Source: Halogeometricum borinquense DSM 11551 (GTDB taxonomy: Archaea; Halobacteriota; Halobacteria; Halobacteriales; Haloferacaceae). From it: a stretch of 32,000 nucleotides of DNA. Below are positions 1 through 8,018 of this stretch, in pieces. Position 1 is the stretch's first letter, and each line of letters starts with the position of its first letter. The stretch is from positions 30,001 to 62,000 of the forward strand of contig NC_014729.1 of assembly GCF_000172995.2 (NCBI RefSeq), written 5' to 3'. The notes beneath the pieces are model-generated. The model searched no databases. It was not told the DNA's origin and worked only from the letters and a program-made list of their open reading frames with translations. The position numbers were made by a program, and so were the translations under genes.

Positions 1-1310
1 CCCGCGGCGGCCTCGGCATCGGCGTTTTGGCCCTCCTCGGCCTCGTCGAATCGGTCAACGATAGCTTGAGCTTTGTCCTTGTCACCGTCGTCGAGCGCGT
101 CGCCCGCGATAGCCATCGCCTCGTCCTCGCTCAGGTCGGTGAACGCTTCTGGCGGTGCAGCGCGAACGCCCATCGCGTCCAGTTCCCGCAGATCGATCTT
201 CGAGGGATCACCGACACCGCGTTCGAGCGGGCCGACGGACTCCTCGATGTCTTTGTAGACGACGTATCCGAGTCCGATAACGGTGAAGACGGTAGCACCG
301 ACGACAGACCAGACGATGAGCGCAGTCTGCGGTGCAACACCGAGAACCGTACCGAGAGCGGGAATGGAGTAGTCGCTGCCGACGCTGTCGAGCAATCCGT
401 TGACGGCCGTTGGGCCGCCGTAAGTGTAGTAGAGATAGACGACTGCACCGCCGAGCGCGGTGCTTCCGACGACGAGATTCCACCGCTTTCCGATGGCGGC
501 CCGGAAGTCAAGTTGTTCGCTCCCCCGTCTTGCAGTTACCACCACTTTCGAGATGTAGAGACTGATGCCGTACAGCGTCAGCACCGGGACGGCCCACAGA
601 ATCTGCGTGAACGGATCCGGCGGCGTGAACAGCGCACCGGCGGCGAAGACACCGAGGACCGCATAGCGCCACTGGTCGCGGAACGTCTCGTACGGGACGA
701 TCTCGGCGTACGAGAGAATCGTCATCACCAACGGGAGTTGGCTCGCCAACCCGAACGAGACAGTCAAGAGGAACATGAACTGCGCCCACTTGACGATAGA
801 GTACTTGGGCGAGAAGCCGATGTTCACCGTGTTCTGTGCGAGGAATTCGAACGTAATCGGGAAGAAAAAGAGGTAGCCGTAGGCGACGCCGAGGCTGAAC
901 AGCACTACCATCCCGGTACCGATGAGAGCGAGTTGCCACCGCGGAACCGGTGCAGACGGCCACAGATCGCGTTCTCTGAGCGCATCACGGGAGAAATAGA
1001 TAAACACCGGCGCAGCGATGATAAGCCCCGTCACAAGCCCGATCTTCGCCTGCAACAGAACGACGTCGAACGGCGTTTGCGCAATAATTTCGAGATCTTG
1101 ATTTATCACCTGGTTCATATTCCGTCTGGTAACGGATTCCAGGAACCCCCAAACGTAGAGTCGGAGCGCATAGAACGTTCCGAGGAAACCGACGAGGAAG
1201 ACGATGAAGACCTTCTGTAGGTCCTTTTGGGCCGCACGGAGCATCGCGCCTGCAGTCTCTCGACCGTCGTCGATTGCGCGGCGGGTGTCCTCGTCGAGCG
1301 CGCTAGACAT
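1..1310 (-). CDS. tatC: Twin-arginine translocase subunit TatC, long TatCt-type paralogue (N-terminal ~436 codons; 3' end lies beyond the left window edge)
   Basis: Absent from the ORF track because the frame never closes inside the window. The reverse-strand ATG is the complement of 1308-1310. My manual translation MSSALDEDTRRAIDDGRETAGAMLRAAQKDLQKVFIVFLVGFLGTFYALRLYVWGFLE...QWRYAVLGVFAAGALFTPPDPFTQILWAVPVLTLYGISLY shows a multi-TM TatC core with the conserved TPPDP loop. It is followed by two more TM helices and an acidic loop (KDIEESVGPLERG...DEAEEGQNADAEAAA), as expected for the long haloarchaeal TatCt. An AT-rich box TTATCA (1334-1339) lies ~27 bp upstream of the ATG. Track ORF 27..1220(+) is its antisense shadow. 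Confidence 0.85.
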   Translation of the reverse strand, partial: MSSALDEDTRRAIDDGRETAGAMLRAAQKDLQKVFIVFLVGFLGTFYALRLYVWGFLESVTRRNMNQVINQDLEIIAQTPFDVVLLQAKIGLVTGLIIAAPVFIYFSRDALRERDLWPSAPVPRWQLALIGTGMVVLFSLGVAYGYLFFFPITFEFLAQNTVNIGFSPKYSIVKWAQFMFLLTVSFGLASQLPLVMTILSYAEIVPYETFRDQWRYAVLGVFAAGALFTPPDPFTQILWAVPVLTLYGISLYISKVVVTARRGSEQLDFRAAIGKRWNLVVGSTALGGAVVYLYYTYGGPTAVNGLLDSVGSDYSIPALGTVLGVAPQTALIVWSVVGATVFTVIGLGYVVYKDIEESVGPLERGVGDPSKIDLRELDAMGVRAAPPEAFTDLSEDEAMAIAGDALDDGDKDKAQAIVDRFDEAEEGQNADAEAAA

Positions 1311-1330
1311 ACCCGACGAAAGCCTTCTCG

Positions 1331-1388
1331 TAGTTATCAATCTTTTTCACTGCGTCGGGTCGCGGCTATCCGGAAAGGCCTATAAGAA
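1331..1388. promoter_or_regulatory. Divergent tatCt/tatCo promoter region with two TATA-like boxes
   Basis: TAGTTATCAAT (1331-1341) is centred ~27 bp from the tatCt ATG (1310, minus strand). CCTATAAGAA (1379-1388) is centred ~27 bp from the tatCo ATG (1411). This spacing fits archaeal TATA-to-TSS distance with leaderless mRNAs. Confidence 0.4.
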
Positions 1389-1410
1389 CCGGGCGGCGTA
1401 TCTCTGATGA

Positions 1411-2820
1411 ATGGCCGACGACTCGGAGTCGGACCGTCCTTCGTCGGACGCCGACGAGTCCGTGGACTCATCCCCGGACGATACTGAGACGCCCGAACCG
1501 TCCGACACGCCGACCGAAGAAGCGTCTGCGCCGTCGGATGACTCCGATAGCGGCGACTTCGACTCCGACGGCGCTACCGACGACGTGGATGACGTGACAC
1601 TCGAGCGCGAGGACCTCATTCCGCCGCCGGACGAGGAATCGGACGGTATGGAGACGGCTGGCGGCACAGAGACGGATGCAGCCGACGCCGAGCCAGATTC
1701 GGAAGCCGATTCCGGAACTGACGCAGAAGACGATTCCGGAACTGACGCAGAAGACGATTCCGGAACTGACGCAGAAGACGATTCCGGAACTGACGCAGAA
1801 GACGATTCCGGAACTGACGCAGAGACAGACAACGGCTCCGAGGACGACACAGGAACGGATGCCGAGGATCTGTGGCCGGACGACCACGAACCGCCCAAAA
1901 CGAAAACAGCCGAGGAGATGGGGCTGACGGACGACGAAAGCGAGGAAGCCATCACCAACACCGACGGCGGCGCGCCGGCCAACGCCACCATCGATGGAAC
2001 AGACCCCGAACCGCCGGCCGAGATTTCGGATGACGGCGTGTTCGGAGACGGTCCCGAGAGCGACGAAGAGATGCCGTTGGCCGACCACATCGAGGAGATG
2101 GTCCGCCGTCTGGCGGTGGTGTTTGCCATCGGTGGGATCATCACACTCATCCTCTATCCCGGTGCCGATTTGGCGAACTCGGCGCTTCATCTCAACCTGA
2201 CGAGTTCGACGGATGTCATCAACTTCCTCTGGAACAAGCACATCCCCGGCGCGCCGGAGATTGCCGAACGCCGACCGCGCGTTTACGGTCCGCTCGAACT
2301 CGTCTTGACCGAACTGAAAGTCGCCGGTCTCGCGGGTCTCGTCATCGGTCTGCCGGTGTTTGTCTACGAGACGTACCTGTTCATGCGCCCCGGACTGTTC
2401 CCCAAAGAGCGACGCTACTATCTCGCCGCAGTGCCGACGAGCCTCATTCTCGCATTCATCGGTATCGCCTTCGCGCATTTCGTGGTCCTTCCGACCCTCA
2501 TCAAGTACTTCACGTCCTACACGCAGGGGACGGCGGTTATCGCGTTCGGCCTGAAGGAGACGTTCAACCTCATCCTCATCCTGATGGGCTACAACGCCAT
2601 CATCTTCCAGATTCCGCTGTTCATCATGCTCGCCATCATGATGAACCTCGTCACCCGGCAGTGGTTGGTCGCCCGCCGCCTGATCTTCTGGGCCTCCTTC
2701 CTCGGACTGGCGTTCTTCGTCAGTCCCGACCCGACGGGGATGGCACCCATCATCATCGCCGCGACGATGATTACGCTGTTCGAGGGGACGTTGCTCCTCC
2801 TGCGGTGGACCGGAAACTGA
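1411..2820 (+). CDS. tatC: Twin-arginine translocase subunit TatC (TatCo-type) with ~220-aa hyperacidic N-terminal extension
   Basis: Residues ~221-469 (MPLADHIEEMVRRLAVVFAIGG...FFVSPDPTGMAPIIIAATMITLFEG) form a canonical 6-TM TatC core. Residues 1-220 are almost entirely D/E/S/T/G/P/A and include five DSGTDAE(D/T) repeats. The ATG at 1411 has a correctly spaced TATA-like box. No comparable box precedes the internal ATG at 2071. Confidence 0.9.
   Translation: MADDSESDRPSSDADESVDSSPDDTETPEPSDTPTEEASAPSDDSDSGDFDSDGATDDVDDVTLEREDLIPPPDEESDGMETAGGTETDAADAEPDSEADSGTDAEDDSGTDAEDDSGTDAEDDSGTDAEDDSGTDAETDNGSEDDTGTDAEDLWPDDHEPPKTKTAEEMGLTDDESEEAITNTDGGAPANATIDGTDPEPPAEISDDGVFGDGPESDEEMPLADHIEEMVRRLAVVFAIGGIITLILYPGADLANSALHLNLTSSTDVINFLWNKHIPGAPEIAERRPRVYGPLELVLTELKVAGLAGLVIGLPVFVYETYLFMRPGLFPKERRYYLAAVPTSLILAFIGIAFAHFVVLPTLIKYFTSYTQGTAVIAFGLKETFNLILILMGYNAIIFQIPLFIMLAIMMNLVTRQWLVARRLIFWASFLGLAFFVSPDPTGMAPIIIAATMITLFEGTLLLLRWTGN
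1708..1827 (+). repeat. In-frame 24-bp tandem repeat: 4 perfect copies plus 1 diverged copy
   Basis: The unit GATTCCGGAACTGACGCAGAAGAC occurs at 1708-1731, 1732-1755, 1756-1779 and 1780-1803, all identical. The copy at 1804-1827 matches the first 20 nt. The repeat encodes DSGTDAED inside the tatCo N-terminal extension. Confidence 0.95.
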
Positions 2821-3144
2821 CCCGTATTAGTTAGGACACTCAGAACCGATTCGGCATGCTGGTGTTCTCTTTACCGTCCGGGACCAGACATTCTTCCCGC
2901 CGTCCTCGACTGAGCGTCCATACGTCCGAAACCTAGAGTCGTCAGTATTTCAGATAGTATTACTCGCCAGACACGGCGAGGTGACGCGGACGCACGGGGA
3001 CGCATGCAGAGTGAAACCACTGCCACGTCAGGGGCGGAACCAATGCCAGACAGCGGTTCAGCCGCCGGAGAGTCGTCGCTGGATGACCGGTCGCACGTCT
3101 CGTTCCGCGAAAACCCAGTTCGAGTAGGGAACTCCGTCCGACGG

Positions 3145-4053
3145 TCACTTCGTCGGATAGTCGGTCGCGAACACGTCTTCGACGAGGGGTTCACCCGCCG
3201 CGTCGGCGTCAGTATCGGCGGCCGGACTGACACTCCCGGTCTGGTAGCCGTGCAGGTCGAGTGTGACGTGATCGAAGCCGAGATCAGTCAGTCTGTCGCG
3301 GACGGCGGTCACAAAGTCGGGGTCGAGCGCCGTTTCCAACTCCTCGCTTGCGACTTCGATACGGGCGAGACCGTCGTGGTCGCGGACGCGGAACTGCGAG
3401 AACCCCCACTGGCGGACGACGCGCTCGGCTTTCTCGACGCGCGACAGACGTTCTTCGGTCACCTCGATGCCGGTCGGGATGCGAGAGGACAGGCACGCCA
3501 TCGACGGTTTGTCGGCGACGGAGAGTCCGTAGCTGTCGGCGATGGCGCGCACCTCCTCCTTCGAGATATCGTGGGTCAAAAGCGGAGAGAGTACCTCCAA
3601 CTCCTCGACAGCGCGGAGTCCGGGGCGGTGTCCTTCGCCGGGGTCTGAGGCGTTCGTGCCGTCGCAGACAGTCTCGATTCCGCGCTCGCGGGCGGCGTCG
3701 TACATCCGACCGAGTCGCATCGTCCGGCAGTGGTAACACCGGTCGCCGTCGTTGGCAACGAAGTCGGGATTGTCGAGTTCGGAAAATTCCACGATTTCGT
3801 GGCGAATGCCGATTTCGTCCGCGACGCGGCGAGCGTCGTCTAACTCCTCCGTAGGGAGCGTCTCTGACTTGGCCGTGCAGGCGATAGCGTCGTCACCGAG
3901 AGCGTCGTGCGCCAGTGCGGCGACGACGGAAGAGTCAACGCCACCGGAAAACGCGATGAGAACACCGTCTCGCTCTTCGAGGGACGCGCGCGCCGCCGCG
4001 GCCTTCTCAGCGAGCGCCGGTTCTAGATCGTCTGACGTGTCCGCGTCGGGCAT
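3145..4053 (-). CDS. larE: PP-loop ATP pyrophosphatase, LarE-type sulfur transferase (nickel-pincer nucleotide cofactor biosynthesis family)
   Basis: It has the PP-loop SGGVDSS, the CYHC motif, and PSMACLSSRIP resembling the LarE catalytic-cysteine loop. I moved the start to ATG 4053 (MPDADTSDDLEPALAEKAAAA...). The 56 upstream codons of the track ORF are Arg/Pro/Gly-rich and unlike haloarchaeal coding sequence. Confidence 0.75.
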   Translation of the reverse strand: MPDADTSDDLEPALAEKAAAARASLEERDGVLIAFSGGVDSSVVAALAHDALGDDAIACTAKSETLPTEELDDARRVADEIGIRHEIVEFSELDNPDFVANDGDRCYHCRTMRLGRMYDAARERGIETVCDGTNASDPGEGHRPGLRAVEELEVLSPLLTHDISKEEVRAIADSYGLSVADKPSMACLSSRIPTGIEVTEERLSRVEKAERVVRQWGFSQFRVRDHDGLARIEVASEELETALDPDFVTAVRDRLTDLGFDHVTLDLHGYQTGSVSPAADTDADAAGEPLVEDVFATDYPTK

Positions 4054-4226
4054 AGTTGCCGTTTCCTCCGGAGCGGCAAAAGCGCGTTGTCCCCGGCCCG
4101 AGCCGCCGCGTCCCGCTGGTTTGGCTATCGAAATCGACAGGCAATCAGCATCCTGCGGTCCGACCGGAGAAGCACAGGACGGCGGACCCGTAATGTTTTG
4201 TCGGGTCGGGAGATACTGCACGGCGA

Positions 4227-6215
4227 ATGGAGTTCGAGGCTATCCCGGGCGTGGGAGAGAAGACGGCGGAAGCGCTGTCGGAACTTGACGACGCCGAACG
4301 GGCGTTAGCCGACGGCGACGTGGCCGCTCTTGCCCGCGCGCCGGGTCTCACGGAGGGCCGCGCGGCGGCCATCGCACGCGGTGCCATTCGCCGCCGCCAC
4401 GACGACGACGGCCGGTTTCTCGCTACCGACCGCGCCCGAGAGGTGTATCGCGACGTCCTCTCGTTGCTCCGCGAACGAACTGTCACGACCTACGCCGAAA
4501 AACGACTGGAGACGTTCTTTCCGACGGCCTCGGCGTCCCGAATCGAGGAGGTGCGCGCGTTCACCGAGTCGGCCATGGAGCGCGACCCCGACCCGGTCGT
4601 TCTCGCGGCACTAGAAGGAGTCGAACCGCTCGAACCCGCCTCGGGAATCCGCGTCCGAGAACGGTGTCTCGCCACCGCCGACGCCGAACGCTACGCGGCC
4701 GCCAAGGAGGCGTTTCCGGAACTCTCAGTCGAGGTCGTCGAGGACGCCCGCGGCCTGTCTGAACTCGCCCGGTCGTACGCCACTGTCGTCGCTCTCGACG
4801 AGGCGTTTGCGGGCGTGGACGTAGAGGGTGACGTGCGGGTCCGCCCCGACGCGGCGGAGCATCCCGACGAAATCGTTCCCGAGCGCGTCCTCGCCTTCTT
4901 CGCGCAGAACCGCGAACGAATCCGGGCGGCCGCGGATGTTCACGAGGCCGCGGAACTCGATGCACCCTGTGATCTCGATTCGCTCCGCGATGCGCTCTCC
5001 CGACTGGACGATGACGGAACCATTGTCGGCGACGAAGAACTGGACAGGCTGACGAACGCCGTAGACGATGTGGACGCCGCCGTCTCGACAGCCGAATCCG
5101 TAGCGAACGACCATCTCCGCGACGCCATCCGCGAGCGCGACGTGACCATCGAAGGAACGGACTTTCTCTCGCTGGTCGAACAGGGCGCTCGCGTGGACTC
5201 GTTGCTCTCGCGCGAACTCGAAGACCAGTACGCCGACGCCGTCGCTACGGCCCGAGAACACCTTATCGAGTCTTTGTCGCTCCGTCCGGAAGAGGCCGAC
5301 ATCGCCACTCGCGTCTTCTCCGACGATCCGTCGTTCCCGGTAGACTACGACGAAGAACTCGTCTCGCGGCTCCGTGCGGAACTGAAAGCCGGACGCGACC
5401 GCCGAGCAGTCCGACTGAAACGCGAACTCGCCGCTGACCTGTCCGCACTCCGTGAGCCGGTCGGCGAGATGGTGTCGAACGCGCTCGAACTCGACGTGGA
5501 ACTGGCCGTCTCGCGGTTCGCCCGCGACTTCGACTGCGTGATGCCCACCATCACCGACGGCGACACGGCGTCAGGGACCGGGTTCTCTATCGAGGGCGGC
5601 CAGTCACCACTTCTCGACGTTTCGTTCGAGGCGGCAGAACCCGTTGACTACGGCGTCTCCGGCGTCACCCTTCTCTCTGGTGTCAACTCCGGTGGGAAGA
5701 CTTCGACGCTCGATTTGGTGGCGCTCGTCGTCGTCCTCGCACAGATGGGACTTCCCGTCCCCGCCGAACGCGTCGAACTCGAACGGTTCTCTGAACTGCA
5801 CTACTACGCGAAGTCACAGGGAACGCTCGACGCAGGGGCGTTCGAAAGCACGCTCCGCGACTTCCGTGAACTCGTAGACGGGGAGTCAAACCGCCTCGTC
5901 CTCGTTGACGAACTGGAGAGCATCACCGAACCCGGTGCCTCCGCGAAGATTATCGCCGGAATCCTCGAAGCTCTCGATGATCAAGCGGCGACGGCGGTGT
6001 TCGTCTCGCACCTTGCTGATGAGATACGCGAGGCCGCCGGATTCACCGTCGCCGTGGACGGGATCGAGGCAGTTGGACTGGAAAACGGCGAACTCGTCGT
6101 AAACCGCTCGCCGGTGAAAGACCACCTCGCGCGCTCGACCCCGGAACTTATCGTGGAGAAACTCGCGGGTGAGGACGGCTCTGGCTTCTACGACCGCCTC
6201 TTGGAGAAGTTTTGA
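4227..6215 (+). CDS. MutS-related ABC-type ATPase with N-terminal helix-hairpin-helix region (archaeal MutS2/MutS5-like)
   Basis: The N-terminus MEFEAIPGVGEKTAEALSEL...LARAPGLTEGRAAAIARG has HhH-like GVG/GLT motifs. Walker A is LLSGVNSGGKTSTLD and Walker B is RLVLVDELESITEP, followed by FVSHL, as in the MutS ATPase domain. No obvious mismatch-binding domain is visible. Confidence 0.8.
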   Translation: MEFEAIPGVGEKTAEALSELDDAERALADGDVAALARAPGLTEGRAAAIARGAIRRRHDDDGRFLATDRAREVYRDVLSLLRERTVTTYAEKRLETFFPTASASRIEEVRAFTESAMERDPDPVVLAALEGVEPLEPASGIRVRERCLATADAERYAAAKEAFPELSVEVVEDARGLSELARSYATVVALDEAFAGVDVEGDVRVRPDAAEHPDEIVPERVLAFFAQNRERIRAAADVHEAAELDAPCDLDSLRDALSRLDDDGTIVGDEELDRLTNAVDDVDAAVSTAESVANDHLRDAIRERDVTIEGTDFLSLVEQGARVDSLLSRELEDQYADAVATAREHLIESLSLRPEEADIATRVFSDDPSFPVDYDEELVSRLRAELKAGRDRRAVRLKRELAADLSALREPVGEMVSNALELDVELAVSRFARDFDCVMPTITDGDTASGTGFSIEGGQSPLLDVSFEAAEPVDYGVSGVTLLSGVNSGGKTSTLDLVALVVVLAQMGLPVPAERVELERFSELHYYAKSQGTLDAGAFESTLRDFRELVDGESNRLVLVDELESITEPGASAKIIAGILEALDDQAATAVFVSHLADEIREAAGFTVAVDGIEAVGLENGELVVNRSPVKDHLARSTPELIVEKLAGEDGSGFYDRLLEKF

Positions 6216-6220
6216 TCGAC

Positions 6221-6228
6221 ATTTATCA
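6221..6228 (+). promoter_or_regulatory. TATA-like box (ATTTATCA) for the small membrane-protein gene
   Basis: It is centred ~27 bp upstream of ATG 6252 and lies immediately after the mutS-like stop codon. Confidence 0.4.
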
Positions 6229-6251
6229 CCTTGGCCAACCAACACGAAGGT

Positions 6252-6650
6252 ATGGTTCCCGACGACACTGTCACCTCCACTTCCTCCACCACTATCGAGC
6301 GTGACACAGACCGTTCTGCTACCGACAGCGCGGCCAACACAGACGTTCGCGCTGCGGTCGCGGATGGCGGTGCCGGTCCGTCGTCAGCCGCCAACCCGAC
6401 ACCACCCAGTGACTCAGCGTACGATCAGGTGTACCAAGCGACGAAGGACGCGATATGGTACGTCGTTGGGACAGTCACGCTCGCTCTGTTCCACTTCGTC
6501 CTCGCACTCATCGCGCTCGCCGTCGCGTGGGACGGCGTCGCCACCATCACCGGGTCGCAAGCGTCGCAGGCCGACATCGCCGTGGGGATTATCGCGGCAA
6601 GTGTCTTCCTGTTCTCATCCTATCGCGTGTACGTCCTCATGACGGAGTGA
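6252..6650 (+). CDS. Small membrane protein of unknown function: acidic, disordered N-terminus plus two predicted TM helices
   Basis: The track ORF begins at TTG 6231. The in-frame ATG at 6252 has a correctly spaced TATA box. The hydrophobic stretches IWYVVGTVTLALFHFVLALIALAVAW and IAVGIIAASVFLFSSYRVYVLM follow a D/S/T-rich N-terminus. Confidence 0.55.
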   Translation: MVPDDTVTSTSSTTIERDTDRSATDSAANTDVRAAVADGGAGPSSAANPTPPSDSAYDQVYQATKDAIWYVVGTVTLALFHFVLALIALAVAWDGVATITGSQASQADIAVGIIAASVFLFSSYRVYVLMTE

Positions 6651-6780
6651 CGTGGCTTCCGCTAACTGCTGCGACGTGACCGTCAGCGAGAATGAACAGT
6701 TATCCGTCGTGAACACTCGCCTACACGGTTTTTAGGGCCGCTACGGACCACTTTCACTTTCACTCCGGAACTGGGGAACG

Positions 6781-6790
6781 GTTAAGTAGA
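6781..6790 (+). promoter_or_regulatory. TATA-like box (GTTAAGTAGA) for orc
   Basis: It is centred ~27 bp upstream of ATG 6812. That is too close to GTG 6800, which favours 6812 as the start. Confidence 0.35.
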
Positions 6791-6811
6791 CTGCTATTCG
6801 TGATTGAAGCG

Positions 6812-7936
6812 ATGAGGGACGACCCCGAAGAGGGGATGCTATCGTGGGATGAGACAGTCTTCCGCGACGAGCACGTCTTCGAGATAGACTACGTTCCGGA
6901 GACGTTCAACCACCGCGAGACGCAACTACAGAGTCTCAAGTACGCGCTTCGACCCGCCGTCCGCGGCTCCCGTCCGCTCAACACTATCGTCCGCGGACCG
7001 CCGGGAACGGGCAAAACGACGGCCGTTCAGAAGCTGTACGGCGAACTCGGTACCCAGTCGGGCGTCCGGACCGTCCGGGTCAACTGCCAAGTTGACTCGA
7101 CACGCTACGCCGTCTTCTCCCGTATCTTCGAGCATATTTTCGAGTACGAGCCGCCCTCCTCTGGAATCTCTTTTAAGAAACTGTTCGGGCAGATAACCGA
7201 CCGCCTCGTCGAGGAAGACGAAGTCCTCGCCGTCGCCCTGGACGACGTGAACTACCTGTTCTACGAGAACGAGGCGTCCGATACGCTCTACTCACTGCTT
7301 CGCGCCCACGAGACGCACTCGGGGGCGCGAATCGGCGTCATTATCGTCTCCTCGGACCTCGCACTCGACGTTATCGAGGAACTCGACGGCCGCGTCCAGA
7401 GCGTCTTCCGTCCCGAAGAGGTGTACTTCCCCGTCTACGGCGTCGATGAGATATTTGAAATTCTCCGCGGCCGGGCGAAGCGAGGCTTCCACGATGGCGT
7501 CATCGGCGAGCCAGAACTCGACCGAGTGGCTGAACTCACCGCCGAGAGCGGCGACCTGCGCGTCGGCATCGACTTGCTTCGGCGCGCCGGTCTCAACGCC
7601 GAGATGCGCGCCAGCCGGTCGGTAACGCTCGAAGACGTGGAAGCGGCCTACGACAAATCGAAGTACGTCCATCTCTCGCGGTGTCTCCGCGGCCTCTCGG
7701 ACTCCGAACGTGCGTTAGTTCGCGTCATCGCGGAGTACGATGGCGAACAGGCCGGAACCGTCTACGAGGCGTTCCACGACGAAACCGATCTCGGCTACAC
7801 GCGCTACTCGGAGATCACCAACAAACTCGACCAACTCGGCATCATCGACACTGAGTACGCCGAGATCGAGGGTCGTGGACGGTCGCGGTCGCTCTCGCTA
7901 GCGTACGATCCAGAGGCCGTTTTAGATCGTCTCTAA
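6812..7936 (+). CDS. orc: Orc1/Cdc6-family AAA+ replication initiator paralogue
   Basis: It has the DYVPETFNHRETQLQSL N-terminal motif, Walker A GPPGTGKTT, Walker B VLAVALDDVN, and a C-terminal winged-helix-like region (YTRYSEITNKLDQLGIIDTEY). The start could also be GTG 6800. Confidence 0.9.
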   Translation: MRDDPEEGMLSWDETVFRDEHVFEIDYVPETFNHRETQLQSLKYALRPAVRGSRPLNTIVRGPPGTGKTTAVQKLYGELGTQSGVRTVRVNCQVDSTRYAVFSRIFEHIFEYEPPSSGISFKKLFGQITDRLVEEDEVLAVALDDVNYLFYENEASDTLYSLLRAHETHSGARIGVIIVSSDLALDVIEELDGRVQSVFRPEEVYFPVYGVDEIFEILRGRAKRGFHDGVIGEPELDRVAELTAESGDLRVGIDLLRRAGLNAEMRASRSVTLEDVEAAYDKSKYVHLSRCLRGLSDSERALVRVIAEYDGEQAGTVYEAFHDETDLGYTRYSEITNKLDQLGIIDTEYAEIEGRGRSRSLSLAYDPEAVLDRL

Positions 7937-8018
7937 GGACCGCCCTGAACGGATCTAATTTGGAAAGGACTGACCAGAGAGCGCAAGCTTTGTGCGCCCC
8001 TGCCGCGAGGCCACGCGT

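Noticed and set aside
27-1220. 397-aa plus-strand ORF (the longest track ORF at the left edge), and nested ORFs 131..511(-), 508..963(-)
   Set aside because: Their composition is Arg/Asp/Glu/Gly-rich with no hydrophobic core, and the 397-aa ORF is exactly antisense to a clean TatC-type membrane protein frame running 1310 to 1. This is a classic high-GC shadow ORF.
1380-2478. Minus-strand ORFs 1380..2150 (Ser-rich, with SSASVPE repeats) and 1468..2478
   Set aside because: They are antisense to tatCo. The Ser-rich repeat is just the reverse-complement reading of the DSGTDAED tandem repeat, and no promoter or start context supports them.
3095-3135. tRNA-like T-loop resemblance (CCCAGTTCGAGTAGGG)
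   Set aside because: The stem would enclose a 10-nt loop instead of 7, and no acceptor, D or anticodon arms can be drawn. I found no tRNA-like structure in any intergenic region of the window.
3004-3648. 214-aa plus-strand ORF starting in the tatCo-larE gap and running antisense through larE
   Set aside because: Beyond 3145 it is the V/L/R/G-rich mirror of the acidic larE frame. The first ~45 codons in the gap have no recognisable fold or family. I kept only the idea that the gap may be transcribed (see findings).
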